DNA of 64,000 bases from positions 2,294,001 through 2,358,000 of the forward strand of contig NEEC01000004.1 in the NCBI GenBank assembly GCA_002189035.1. Direction: 5' to 3'. The notes under the pieces are model-generated. The model saw nothing but the letters and a program-made list of their open reading frames with translations, made no database searches and was not told the DNA's origin. Positions 12,530 to 26,235 of the stretch are shown piece after piece. This stretch comes from Utricularia gibba. Its lineage: Eukaryota > Plantae > Magnoliophyta. Positions within the stretch are counted from its first letter, which is position 1, and each line of letters begins with the position of its first letter. The position numbers and the translations under genes were made by a program.

Positions 12530-14250
12530 TCTATGACCAACCTTTGGCACACATGAGTACTTCCAATATTCAGATTGAGTCTTCTACGATCAGGATTTAG
12601 AATTCTACCACTTATACTAAATTCATATTCAAAAGAAACTATTGAAATTGGTATAACTAGAGTATCCTTAGTCATTTTTTTTAGAAGTTACCACTTAGAA
12701 CCTTCGATTTTCCACCAACTAAATATATCAAAAGTCTCACATCTAGGCAAAACTTCTGCTTCCAAGTAATGATCTAACTCTATTGCTAAACTTACATGTC
12801 TATTTTGTTCATTGAAAAAAATATCATATTCTGCTTCATCTTATAATGTCATACTTTAGGAAGTGATGATGTTAAAAACACTACTACTAGATATATTACC
12901 AATAGACGATTTGGTAATATTATTCATTCGACTTTCAGAATCCTTTAATAAAGAAATACAATTAACATGAACCTTTGAAACTTTTTCAATTGCATCATTT
13001 CTATATATTCTTGTAAAATAAAACTTTACAAATGCCACTTTATATCTAGGATCCAAAACCACTGTCAATGCTATCTTCACATGAATAACATCCCAATATT
13101 TCATGAATTTCTTCAACATACAACAAGCCATTTCTCTAAGCATATTATCATAACTAGTACACCATTCTTCTAATATGATATCATTTCAATCACTTGATAA
13201 AAGAGTTTCAACTTTTCACAAATGAATTTTGACTTTCTCCAATCCAATTGTGTTGGACAAGACTTGTAACTAACAACTTTCATGGATAACTCATATCTGA
13301 TATTTCAGTTACTTCATAAAAGAATTTCAACATTTCATAAATGAATGTTGTCTTTCTACAATCTTCCCATATTAAACAAGACTTGTATCCAACAACTCTC
13401 ATGGCAAGTCTCAAAAATACGTTTTTACATTTGATAGTTGTTTCTAGCATCAAGTAAGTGGACTTCTAATGTATCTTGCAATCAACAACCAATTCTTTAG
13501 AATATTGAATTTTTAGTTGAGTAGCATACTTTTTAGTCTTTTCTATTATTTTGGGTAACCTTGTTCAATACATAACACTATTTTGGGTTTCACAACAACG
13601 CATGTGTAACACTTTTTCTTGTAATGACATATCAAAATAAGCATGACGTCATTTGTCAAGCAATTATCAACCATTATTGAAGAGATTTTTCGATTGATAT
13701 TCCAATTCATAAGTAAGCAGGATAATTCCTCATATAAAGTTTCAACAATATATGAAGAGAGTACATATGCAAACCTATATCATATAAAAATTAGTATAAA
13801 AAAAAGATGATAAAAAGAAGAAAAACACTAAATTAACCTCAAAATAAAACTTTGAGGCTTCCACTCCACATTTATGAAATATGTTGTTATCACCTGATAA
13901 TCTTTCTTTTTACCATATGAAATCTACATATTAGTAGTGATTACTATCCTACAATTAAGATATCGAAGATTTGATAGCTCTTTTGTTTCTTATTTCCATC
14001 TATCTTCAAAATTATATTCTTTAGTGTATTTTGGCAAATAATTTTTGAATTTTGATTCAAATTGAAGTTTTTTTACATGCAATTACATAGTAGTTCTTCC
14101 GGTGTAATGTTTCATTTTTTCCTTTTTCTACAAGAAATTTCTTGCAATATTTGTATTTCGCTTTAACTTCTCTCTTAATATTTTTATGTTCTTTTTCTTT
14201 TTTTAGAAGAGTCTGATGTGCCACACTTCTTTATTATTTGTACATTATTA
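12530..14250 (-). mobile_element. Degenerate hAT transposase (RICESLEEPER/DAYSLEEPER-like clade)
   Basis: MLKKFMKYW...VVLDPRYK (12856-13143). Dimerisation-domain relic FDIFSWWK...KDTLVIPISIVSFEYEFSISGRIL near 12560-12740. Possible BED-finger relic near 14100-14240. Many stops; ends not found. Confidence 0.8.
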
Positions 14251-16260
14251 TTATCAACCTCTTCTTAATTTTGAGATGGTTTAGAAGCAGGTGATAATTC
14301 TCAATTTGAACAATGATCCATTAAAAATATCTATTGATTCCAGTTGATGTGTAATTTATTATGCAAACAAAAAAGTATAGTCCACTTTTAACTTGAAAAT
14401 TTCATTAAAATTTTTTCCCATCTGAAGAAAAAAAAACATATGCACAGATAAAAACAAAATTCTTTTTCAGTAGCATTTACAAAAATATAATTTTTCTTAA
14501 TTATGAAAAATTCCTTACCAATTACAAAAAGCATATAAAAAAGAAATAAAAAGTAATTTATTAAAAGTGACAACTCATTTCCCAACTATGCAATAAAAGT
14601 ATTTACAAAAGAAAAAAAAAACATGATCAATCCTAAAAATTACTAAAGAAAATCACTGAAAGTGACACGTCAAATAAACATGATGGACCCTAACGCTAGT
14701 GATGTGATTGCATTCATCTTATTTAAAGTATCAAATCTTACAATAAAAATAAGAAAATAAAAATATTTAATATTTTTATTAACATTTCTCCTAACTATGT
14801 ATTGAAAAATTTACCTTTGGTCTAGTTTAATTAGTAGATTTAGGATGCTTTTGAGAAAACTTGGGTTCCATTGGAGAATGTATCTAAACAAAACTTGTAC
14901 ACTATTTTTTAAATCCTGTTTTCACCTCTTTCACTAACATCACACCTTTTTTCCACTTTAGTGTATAGTGCTTCATGTTGTGAGTCCTGAAACATACATT
15001 CACAGTAAAAAAATATCGAAGCTCCACTTCAAGAGACAACTCCTCGCAAATACTCACAAATGTTAATAGAAATAGATTGTGAAATCAAATAAAACAAAGT
15101 AATCTCTAAATATTCTAATATTTTCTCTAAGGGCATCTTTAGTGATTTCCGGAAATGTTGACGTGGATTTTCGGAAATCACTATTTTTTTTTCTGAAAAT
15201 CATTAATTTGAGGAAACTAGATGTTGCGGAAATCGGAAGCAGGAAGTTCCGTTTCCTCGCGTAAACAGGACTTTAAAACCTTTAATATATGCCCTAATTT
15301 ACTTCATCCCAATTCGTTCGGCGCTCCATTTTCTTAGCACCTCTTCGTGGTTGTCTTCAATTGACCTCCAATCAATTTGCTGATGTCTTTAATTGACCTC
15401 CAGGTATATTGACTCCCTTTGCTGCGTAATAGAAGTCCATAGCGACTAGAATAGGCTGAACATCATCAATTTGCATAGGTTTATGCACTGAGTCTGATAT
15501 TAATGAGCATGCTGGACAATTATGGCTTTGTATGTGTTGGGTTCGATAAGTTGTTTTTTTCAACAATCAATAATATGATCAGTGACTTACATTTGCTGAG
15601 ATGTAGGTTTCTAGACTCTTAATTGGTGCTTTGCAACATTGCCGTAGGTAACAAACATGTGGATGACAAATATTATAACTTCTAGAATTCACTACCACAT
15701 GCAAAACACCGTTCCCATTTTTTCCTGCGGGGTAGTAACCCCTGTTCTTTTCTTGATTTCTGCTATTTTTTATGATTTTTATTGTTTTCGATTATTTTTG
15801 CTGTTTTATATATATCCGTTGGTTTTACCATTTCTTAAAAAACATGAATGTACCTAGTTAAGTTTTCATTCCATTCACCAAGAAATGTTTTGGTTACTTT
15901 TGACAGATGGCTTACTAGTTGGATCAAGTGTTATTAAGTTTTCATTCCATTCTAAGATAGTATGTAGTTGGATTATTATGTAGTATTTGTTTAACTTTAT
16001 TATTGTTTTTATGTTATACGAATGATTTGTCTTTTAATTATGTTTTGTTTATTTTGGAATTTATGTATTACTTGACTTTATTAATATTTGGACTAAGTTC
16101 GATTTGCTTATATTATTTTATTTTTATAAATATTGGATTTATTTAAATTATACAAATGCAAATAATATTATTAGGTTCAAATGAAAGTTGTAATACAAAT
16201 AATATTATTAGTTGAATATAAAAGTAATAGGTGTAAATTATATTGTTAGATAACATTAAA

Positions 16261-16490
16261 ATTGGTAGGTAAAATTAAAGTGGTAAATAGAATTTAAAAG
16301 TGGTAGATGAAAATGAAAGTGATAGTTAGAATTAAAAAGTGGTAGATAGAAGTAAAAAATGGTAGGTAAAAATAAAAATGGTAGATACAATTAAAAAATG
16401 GTAGGTGAAAATAAAAGTGGTAGATAGAATTAAAAAATGATAGATAAAAATAAAAGTGGTAGATAGAAAATAAAAGAAGATAGTTGAAAA
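16261..16490. repeat. About 19-20 bp tandem repeat (AAAATAAAAGTGGTAGATAG-like), roughly 11-12 degenerate copies
   Basis: Directly visible periodic aaaa(g/a)tggtag(a/g)t units just upstream of the transposase. Confidence 0.85.
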
Positions 16491-16537
16491 TTTTGTCTAT
16501 TTAAGAACCTGGATGTTATTGTAATTCTATTCACATC

Positions 16538-17831
16538 ATGGATTCACCCTTTGGGAGTCACATAGTGAAGTTTTTCATAGAAGATGATGTTGATTATGCT
16601 GCAATTGTGCAATAGAGATTTGATTTCATTCCTCAACGAAGCACATGAGGAGCAACAAGAAACCTCAAGAAAGCGACGACCACGCCAATGTGGGGAGCGC
16701 AACCGTGAATTAGGACATGAAAGGTTGGTAGCTGATTACTTTTGCAATGATGCAACTTACACAAATGAACAATTCCGCGGGAGATTCCGAATGAAAAGAT
16801 CTTTATTTAAAATAATAGTTGAGACTATCCAAAGTCAAGATTCGTTTTTTCAAGAAAAGGTAGATTGCACGGGCCGTTTACGGCTTAGCCCTTTGCAAAA
16901 GTGCACAGCTGCTATATGTATGTTAGCTTATAGTTCTTGCGTTGATAGTGTAGACGAATATGTTAGAATTGGAGAGGCAACAGCTATCCAATGTATTCGT
17001 CATTTTGTTGTTGCTATTCGTACTTGTTTTTCAAAACAATATTTGAGAGCTCCCACCGTTGAAGATTTGGAACGTTTATTTGCTTGGGGGAAATCTCGAG
17101 GCTTTCCAGACATGCTTGGTAGTGTGGATTGTATGCATTGGGAATGGAAAAATTGTCCAATTACATGGCAAGGTCAATTTAAGCATGGTGATCATCGCAA
17201 ACCGTCACTAATGTTAGCAGCGGAAACCTCTACAGATACATGGATTTGACATGATTTTTTCGGAATGCCAGGTGCGAATAATGATCTCAATGTTTTATGG
17301 CATTCTCCATTATTAAATGGGTTGCATAATGGTGTTGCCCCTCGAGTGCAATTCACAGTAAATGGTGCTACTTATGACATGAAATATTATTTGGCTGATG
17401 GCATTTATCCTGATTGGGATATTTTCGTGAAATCTATTACACTTCCACAAGGGCAAAAAGCACGTCTTTTTGCTCAATTCCAGGAGAGTGCTCGAAAAGA
17501 CATAGAACGTACTTTTGGAATATTGCAAAGTCAATTCGGGATACTAACATCTCCTGCAAGAGCTTAGGATTGAAAAACTTTAGGGGATATCATATATGCA
17601 TGTATTATACTGCATAATATGATTGTTAAAAGTGAAGGACATTCTATTCCTGAAGATACTGCTGTGGATGAATATGATTGATCGACGATGGTCCAACCCC
17701 CGGAAAGTTACAAATATGTTGGAATGAATATAAAAAATTACCTAGGTCGAGTAGAGCATTCCCATGATAGCAATATTCATCGTTGCCTGAAAAAAGATTT
17801 AATCGAGCATGTTTGGGCAAATTTCAATTGA
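16538..17831 (+). pseudogene. Harbinger-type DDE transposase (plant ALP1/HARBI1-like), frameshifted and with stops
   Basis: RFRMKRSLF, LSPLQKCTAAICMLAY, GFPDMLGSVDCMHWEWKNCP, NNDLNVL, YYLADGIYPDW, ESARKDIERTFGILQ, LIEHVW. Confidence 0.9.
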
Positions 17832-19644
17832 TGTATTCTATGATTAGTAGTTGTTCAACTAATTTCGTATTATGTTTTGTATTGAAAATGTTTTAATATT
17901 ATGAAATTTATGTTTTAAATTATAAACAATGCTTTCGGAAATTGATAAAGTGAATAATGAAACTTCATAAAGGAAAGACACGTGACAACATAAATGCTCC
18001 ATGCTCAAGACAAATCCAATTGGACCTACACGAGTGTGGAGTTCATTCTCAATTAACTTATTGGATTCTTTGTCTTAAATCTTATATTATCAAGAATCTA
18101 GTTATCAATTCTTCAAAAGTTTACATCTAAAAACAACCATAAGTATTATATAAGAAATCGAATTACAATATTTCCACAAAGATTCTTCAATTTAGAATAT
18201 AGATCAGCAACCCATAGTGAAAAATAAATCACTTACCTTATTTAATTTTCTTACCAGGGGATAGCAACTAGGGTTTTTTCCACTGACAAAGTGGGGATCA
18301 GGAGTGGGAGACGTGTAATATTCTCTATGGGTCTGCAAGAATTCGATTTTATTGACGAAATCATAGGATAATCGTTATGTGCAATAATTACATTAAATTG
18401 ATAAGTTTTCGGTAATAATTCTTGTTATTTTCGAGTGGGAAGACATAAATGAACTATGTTTCCTATGAATAATGTCCATCGGAGTGCGATTGCTCAACAT
18501 CGAATTACTACGTTTTTAGGAATAGAATACTAAGATCATTATATCTAGAAACATAAAATAAATAAATAGCATATAGAACATTATTAGAATCAATATTTAT
18601 GTTTTCGTGATTTTTAATGGAAAGAGCAACATCATCCGTATTAAAAGATTTTGAATTATATTTACAAATTAAGTTTTTACACCTCTAGATTTCACTCGAA
18701 TATCCAAAATCAGTATAGTAAGAAACAAATGTGGGATTTCATCAAAGTATTTCAAGTACTTAATTTTCATATTCCGCATTACATTTCCAAAAAAAATCAT
18801 AATCACCTTGATGATAAAAAAAAATAAACGAAATTTTACAAATATATAAAAGACCAAGTTGAGAATTTGAGCAATAACTACAACTCAAAATCTAAATATA
18901 AGAGTAAAATATTTCTAACAAATTCACTAAACTTTTTATTTTTTCAAAAATAGAATAATTCAAAAAATTGTAACCCTGGAAGGATTTACAAAATTCAAAA
19001 GAAAAATATTTTCATAAAAAATTAAAAAATTGTAACATATTATATATAAAATTTCATTTAATTGCATAATCACTTTTAAATTTATGATAACAAATATTTT
19101 CTTCTTGATAAATCTTTTTAAAATCATTTCTTTTATTAGGTGTAGTTCAAAATATCAATAGCATTAATGTAAGTATAGCATTATCCAAAGAAACTGAAAA
19201 ATCCTATGAGAAATTTCATAAAATGATGTCCTTTTTATATGATTTTTACAATGGTAAAGCCATTTTGTGGTGATGACTATTTTGAAAAAACTAAAATTCA
19301 TTTTTATATAAATTAAGAATTATCTATTCAAGAATATGTAATAACAATGTAACTTTTATTGTTGAAACATCTGTAATCATAACAAGTTAAACAAAAATTA
19401 TATTGTATAGATTTAAAAATAAAAATTAAAAAATCATGCATGTTTTTAAAATCTTCAAGTTCAATCTCAAGTTGTTTTTTCAATAAAATTTTTTGTACCT
19501 CGTTTAAGCTTATTTCAACATGTCATCAAAAGAATTTTTTTCAAATAATGAAAAAGTAAGTTCATTAAGTATGAAATAGGGCATCATAATAATTTGAAAT
19601 TTTTTATAATTAAATAAAAAATTAGATAATTCCACACTATTATC

Positions 19645-21095
19645 TGTTGGGTTTCTCGTAGACATCGTATGTCTCAAAAGCAGCGGAATTTTAAAAATTT
19701 TGAGAAACCCCCAATGCAGATCTTGGAATACGGTATACATAAGACATAGGGATGTTCAAAGTACCTTTCAAATGACTCTGTTGTTCACCAACCGCCAATA
19801 GAAGACGGCCTCTATGGTATCCACACATGGAGCACTTCGTCGATAACCTTCTTAAAGCTCTTGAATGCTAGTCGAATTTCTCAGGTGCTAGTAGATTAAA
19901 ACGCCTCTTTGTGGATTAGTCTCAGAGAGCACGAAGACCTTGGAGCAGATCTCAAGATCTAAATCTTTTTGATAGATATATTGTGACATATCAAATCATA
20001 TCTATATGAGATCTTTTATTTTGAGTTTAATCAATATTAATCTCAAAATAATTCTCTATTTAATTTATCCACTTTATCAATTACATCTCATGTAATTGTG
20101 TCATTCTATTTTATATCGATGGGTGACTCCACTATTGTGTGTGACCCTACAGACTTCCTCAATCAAGGCCGTAATAATGGATTTATTAATTAACTTTTAA
20201 TTAATCAAATCCATCATTATCGATCATGAGTGATGTCTAGCAACATATCATGATCCCCAAGATTAAAGAATATTCAGGTGAACTGATTGAGCCTTTCCAT
20301 GACCAGCCACCATGCAATGAACAGCTTTCATCATACTTATATCTCATACGGTACCAGAACATGGGTGTGCGTCTTTCTGATGTATCGAACTTATAATTGC
20401 ATTCAAGCACTAACACTCAATGACCTACTCAAACAATTCGAGTGTCATTACCCTGGGCCCAGGACTTACTGTTAGGCTTTGATGCAATTATTTGAGATAT
20501 GATCTCATTGCTAACATGAGTGATGAATCCTTTATTGATCAATCAACTATCTCCAACCTTAAGGAGTCACATCCCTACTCATTCATACTAGGCAAGCCAT
20601 GGTTAGGCTCCCATTAGTAATGAGCGAAAATGTGAGCTTAAGATCAAAATAACTTTGTTAACCTCAAGTCTAAGCTTACTTGCACGGCTGTCATATTCGA
20701 GATCTTGCTACTGACACTTGGTTAGCTTCCCATAGTAGCATCTCGAAGATGAGTCATCCAGTGAATCGATTCTCTAATCGACACCCACACATAGGTTCTA
20801 GAAATCTCATTACATCAATTGTGAGAACCATTGCCTAAACTGTTTAGAAAACTCAATGTGTGCCAACTTATCCGTATTTGTGATATCCTCATTTCACAAA
20901 TACTCTAGCCAAGGAGATTTAACTTGATCATGAGTGCTTGAAGAATCTCACATTATGATCTCATCATAATTTCTATAGCACATAGATCAAGTAGAGGATT
21001 TTATCAATGATATAAATTTGATCACAATTCAAAGTAAATATCAAAAGATAAGATTTTCCAATGAATTGATTGTCTCTAGAACACATACACTAACA
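19645..21095 (-). repeat. 3' LTR (1451 bp) of an Angela-type Copia element
   Basis: On the minus strand the PPT AAGTGGGAGAT is followed by TGTTAGTGTATGTGTTCTAGAGAC (Angela-like LTR start). The LTR ends ...CCGCTGC...AAACCCAACA. Outer flank TTATC (19640-19644). Confidence 0.8.
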
Positions 21096-21109
21096 ATCTC
21101 CCACTTGAA

Positions 21110-24100
21110 CTAGAGCCAATCAATCATGTATCTTATACCAATGGACTTTATGTGCTCCATGGACGTCCTAGTTCCATTGTGAATGAGCAGTCTTGCTTAG
21201 AACTTTTCTAAGTGACTGCACCTCCATTTAGCGTGAATATGTATCTTGATTGAGACGTCAAGTCAAATGAGATTTGAAACATATTCTCCCATTTCGAGAT
21301 CTTGACCACCATAAATCAGGAACATGTCTTTAGTACTTCTTAAGTGCTTAAGAATGCTCTTGAGAGCAGTCCAATGATCCATTCTAGGGTTCAACTCATA
21401 TCTGCTTGTAACACTTAAAGCATATGACACATTTGGTCTAGTACACAACGTGGTATACACTATTGACCTAATAGGAGAAGCATGTGGGATTCGAGCCATT
21501 TAATCCCTATCTTCTTCTATTTTGGGGCACATCACTTTTGATAGTGCTCTATGTGTCATGGGCAATAAACCTCTTTTGGAATCAGCCATGTTAAACCTCT
21601 TTAACACTTTATCGATGTAGGTCGATTGTTATAATCCAATAAGTTTCTTTGATCTATCCCTGTAGATCTTTATGCCCTATATATAAGCCACATCTCCAAG
21701 ATCTTTCTTTGAAAAGCTCTTGGATAACTAGATTTTTACTGATTGCATTGTTGCAACATCATTTCCCATTACTAATATGTCATCCACATATAGTATGAGA
21801 AATACGATTGCCAAGCCATCTAACTTCTTGTATACACAAGGTTCATCTTCATTTTGAGAGAAACCAAACTCTTTGATTGTCTCATCAAATTTGATGTTCC
21901 AACTTCTTGAAGCTTGCTTTAGCCCATAGATGGATTTGTTCAGTTTACACATTTTACTAGGATCTTGTGTGAAACCTTCAGGTTGTGTCATGTACACTTC
22001 CTCAGCCAGATTTCCATTTAGGAAGGCTATTTTCACATCCATCTGTCATATCTCATAATCAAAATGAGCAGCAATGGCAAGTAAAATTCGAATGGACTTC
22101 AGCATAGCAACAGGCGAGAAGGTTTCGTCATAATCAACACCTTGTTTTGGACGATACCCTTTTGCCACAAGTCGTGCGTTATAGGTAGATATATTTCCAT
22201 CTGTCAGTTTTCCTTTTGAATACCCACTTGCATCCAATAGAATTTACTCCCTATGGAGCATTGACCAATGTCCATACATTGTTCTCATACATGGAATCCA
22301 TTTCTGCCCCCATGGTAACAAGCCATTTACTTGACTCAGCACTATTGATTGCTTCATCATAAGTCCGAGGTTCCTCATCTAATATGAGGTCTCTCATGCC
22401 TTCGGCATCAACAATGAAACCATATCTCACAATAGGGTTACGTTGTCGGACTGATCTTCTGACAGAAAACGTGCTTGGTACATTTGGCAAGTCAGATTGC
22501 TCAGGTTGATTGCTCACTGGTACATTACCAGTTTCTACGACACAATTTCGAGATGGTGAGCCTAGATTACCTTTTGAGTCACCCACTGGCATCTCTATAG
22601 GTGTCATTGGCTCGTTCTCAAACATCTCCTCAAGTTCAAAACGACTCCCACTTGCTTCTTTGAGGAGAAACTCTTTCTCTAAAAAGACAGCATTCCTCGA
22701 AATGAAAACCTTTCCCTCTTGAGGATTATAGAAGTAGTATCTCATGGTTTCTTATGGATATCCCAGAAAGAAACACTTGTCAGATTTGTTCTCCAATTTA
22801 TCTGACTTCAACCTCCTTACATAAGCAGGGCATTCCCAAGCTTTGAGATAGGAGAAACTCGGTTTTCTGCCAGTCCAAATCTCATAAGGAGTGGTTTCAA
22901 CCGATTTCGATGGGGCTTTGTTCAAAACATGAGCCGCTACCTCTAAAGGATATCCCCACATGGACTTTGGTAGTTCTGCAAAACTCATCATGGATCGAAC
23001 CATGTCAAGCAAAGTTCGATTTCTCCTCTCAGAAACACCATTGTGCTCAGGTGTATCAGGAGGAGTTCTTTCTGAGACAATACCATTGTCCTTCAGATGA
23101 TTCTTGAATTCATTACTCAAGTATTCCCCACCACGATCTGATCGAAGTTTCTTGATGGAACGCTCAAGCTAGTTCTCGACCTCCATCCGAAACTCTTTGA
23201 ACTTTTCAAAGGCTTCAGATTTTCGTTTCATCAAGTAGATGCATCCATATCTTGAATGGTCATCTATAAAAGTGATGAAATACGAGAAACCCCCTCTAGC
23301 AGTGATGCTCATTGGACCACATACATCAAAATGTATTAAATCAAATAAGTTTTCAGCTCTTGCTCCTTTTCCTAGAAAAGGTTGCTTTGTCATTTTGTCC
23401 AATAAACAAGATTCGTATGTTTCGTAAGATTCAAAATCTTCTGAGTCCAAATATCCCAATCGATATAAGTACTCAACACGCTTCTTGTTTATATGGCCTG
23501 AACGACAATGCCAAAGGTAAGAATTCAAGACATTGTCAATTCTTGGCCTTTTTATGCACATGTTAATCTGTTCCGAATCATGTTGATCCAAAACATATAT
23601 TCCGTTTACTATCATAGTAGTACCATAGTGCACATTCCCTCGTCGTATGGAACAACAATTGTTCTTTATAGAAAACTCGAAACCAATCTTGTCCAAACAA
23701 GAAATAGAGACGATGTTCTTAGACAATGAGGGAACACAATAAACAGAATCTAATTCAAGAGATAATCCAGAAGGTAGGGCGATGTGGCAAGTCCCAACTG
23801 CCATGGCAGCAACTCGTGCACCATTCCCAACTCTTAGGTCAATATCGCCTTTCTTCAAGATTCAACTACTCATTAGGTCCTGAAGCTGAATTCTCATTCT
23901 GCTTCTTGCCCTTGATTGACTCTAGATAGGCTTTGCAGTTTCTCTTCCAATGACCAGATTTCCCACAATAAAAGCATTCACCCTTAGCCAGTTTTTCAAC
24001 AGGCTTCTTCTTCTTGATCTCACTTTTAGCTTTGAGTTTCTTGTCTTGACTCTTCTTCTTGGAAACCTTTTTTCCTTGAAGAGACAAGCATGACATTCTT

Positions 24101-24703
24101 TTGTTCCTTTGTGATAGTTGTCTCAACAGACTTGAGTAACTGAATCATTTCAGGAACAGTTTGATCCATCTTGTTCATCTGATAGTTCATCACAAACTGT
24201 GAGTAGCTATCAGGTAGTGAGGTAAGGATTAAGTCAATACTCAAGTCCTTATCCAACACAAAACCAAGAGTGGACAACTTCTCAATCTAACTCAACATCA
24301 ATGTCGCATGATTAGTAGCAAAACTTCCTTCTGCCAAGTGACAATTGAACAACAGCTTTGATGTGTTGAACCTTTCAAGTCGTGAGTGCTCACCAAATAG
24401 ATCCTTGAGGTGTGTTATCATCTATTGGCAAGTCATTGCCTCATGCTGTTTTTGGAGATCAGGGGCCATCGAAGCAAGCATGATACAGGAGACAAGCTCA
24501 GCATCATCTAGATACTTCTGATATGCACGCCGAACATCTTCAGCTGCATTAGCCTTGGGTTGTGCAGGAACATCTTGCTCAAGGATATAAGCAATCTTCT
24601 CTACCTTGAGAACAATTCTCAAATTGCGGTGCCAATCAGTAAAATTCGAGCCAACCAACTTGTTGGACTCTAGAATGGATCTCAAATTCACACTAGAAGA
24701 CAT
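21110..24703 (-). pseudogene. Copia gag-pol, multiply frameshifted
   Basis: ORF fragments 24422-24739, 24026-24277, 23866-24126, 23169-23858, 22752-23120, 22251-22745, 22046-22237, 21728-22042 and 21263-21499 lie in Copia domain order (GAG-PR-INT-RT-RH). Confidence 0.92.
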
Positions 24704-24890
24704 ATCTTCAACCTGAAGAAGAGAAAGCAAACACATCATGTAGTGTTCCTTAAATCACATCTAACCGGTCTTTATTAAATGTGATATACTCCCACTATGT
24801 TTTTCGAGATGGCATCCCCTTACTAACAAAACGAGAAAATCAGATTTTCTTAGTGGGATAGTGTCCCATTTCATTCATCTCCACCTTGAC

Positions 24891-26235
24891 TGTAGCCAAC
24901 AAGCTTTAAATATTTAAAACGTAAATTACAAAAAAAGCATAGTACGAGTATCGATCTCAGGAAGTTGTTTTTCGTAAAAAGTGTTTTGTAAAGAACTTTA
25001 CAAAATGTCACGGTTTTGTAAAAGGGGGTTGGTAAAATGCAGAAATAAAAGTTATAACTTAAGTGATGGGGCTTGACTATGGGAGTCAGTTCCTGGGAAT
25101 GAGATTCCGTCTCCTTCCTTTGTCCATCCTTGCCTCGGTTTTCACTGATTTCTTACGAATAGCTGGTTATAGAAGCAAGGAATAGCGTACTCTCCCTTAC
25201 ACTATGATTGACAAGGAGGCATATGAATAGGCTCTTGTGATTCCCCCTAGGACGATTAGGAAGACAAAAGGATTGACTTCGATTGCCTTCAAAACCGAAT
25301 TGCGCGCGTGTGCCCAACTGTTGCCAATGGCCTGGTAGGTCCGAGGTCACAACCTGTTCACTGTCGCGGTACTTAGGTCACAAACAATCCGGTACTTCCC
25401 TCGAACCAATAGGGTTGGAGTTGGTGCTCTTCACCTTGATCTTCACCAAAATCTACGAGGAGTGGCCTGTTACTCATGGACCTTGACTAGGAGTCGTTAC
25501 AGAAAGATTGCAACAAGATGCGTGGAAGTATGCAAAATCCGAATTGAATTTCAGCGAAGAACTGAGTGTATTGCTCAACACTTGAAAGGAAACTTCATCT
25601 TCTCCCAAAAACTAAAGGGTTTTAGCCACAAAGGGTCATGAAAACATAAACGAAATTGGAAACTAAGTGTTCTTCATCCTTGAGGGGAAGAAGAAGTCAA
25701 AAGTTCTAAGTCTAGAAAGGAAATGACAAAAGTTGAAAAGTTCTCAAACAAGTGTTCCAAGTCGGTTAATATCTCACTCCCCACGTGCATTAACTCCTTT
25801 GAGTCCCTTTCCCATCATTCCTTCTGTCTTGCGTGCGTAACCAGCTTTCCTTTATGTGCAAGTTAGTGCCCAATCATTGCTGCAGACTCTAATATGCCGT
25901 AAGTCAGGAGTCTTGACCAATGTCAGTCTTCCGCCCACAATTGTTCCAAGTCACTTTTGGTGCGAGTCTGACCTCCTATAATACTCATGCAATACTCCAC
26001 GATAGTTTCCTGACATGTCTTGGTCAATTAGTACGAAAAAAGACAGAAAATATATGTAAAATAGGAAAAATGGATTTTCTAAGGAAAATCAATTACTTAT
26101 CAATATAATTTCTAATTGGACGACTTAATACATAATTAACACATAATAATACCTAATAATAAGCTAGAAAATGACATTTAACTGTATGATTTATAATCCA
26201 CATTTTTTTTCTCTTGAACATCATTTTAAGTGTCA
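24891..26235 (-). mobile_element. Putative Athila-like Gypsy LTR (solo or fragment) abutting the Copia 5' UTR
   Basis: GTATCGATCTCAGGAAGTTG near 24947 resembles the GATCGTATCCACAGGGAATTG motif of the LTR at 35674. Possible TG...CA ends with flanks TTGAC/TTGAA (4/5). Boundaries uncertain. Confidence 0.45.

Larger units (their letters stand above)
15131..18006 (+). mobile_element. PIF/Harbinger element C (non-autonomous, right end eroded)
   Basis: TAA|GGGCATCT left terminus and an internal Harbinger transposase. The right end is only tentatively placed at ...CATGCTC (18006). Confidence 0.6.
19645..24890 (-). mobile_element. Ty1/copia LTR retrotransposon, Angela lineage, 5'-truncated (no PBS or 5' LTR seen)
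   Basis: gag LRSILESNKLVGSNFTDWHRNLRIVL; zinc knuckle CFYCGKSGHWKRNC; GAG-pre-integrase LWHCRSGHI; integrase DVCGP...NGVSERRNRTLLDMVRSMM; RT YNARLVAKG, MDVKIAFLNG, LYVDDIL; RNase H partly deleted, ending GIRYMIDWL*. Confidence 0.93.

Noticed and set aside
17990-18010. Definite right TIR of Harbinger C
   Set aside because: Only a weak ATGCTC match, not followed by TAA/TTA; kept as tentative only
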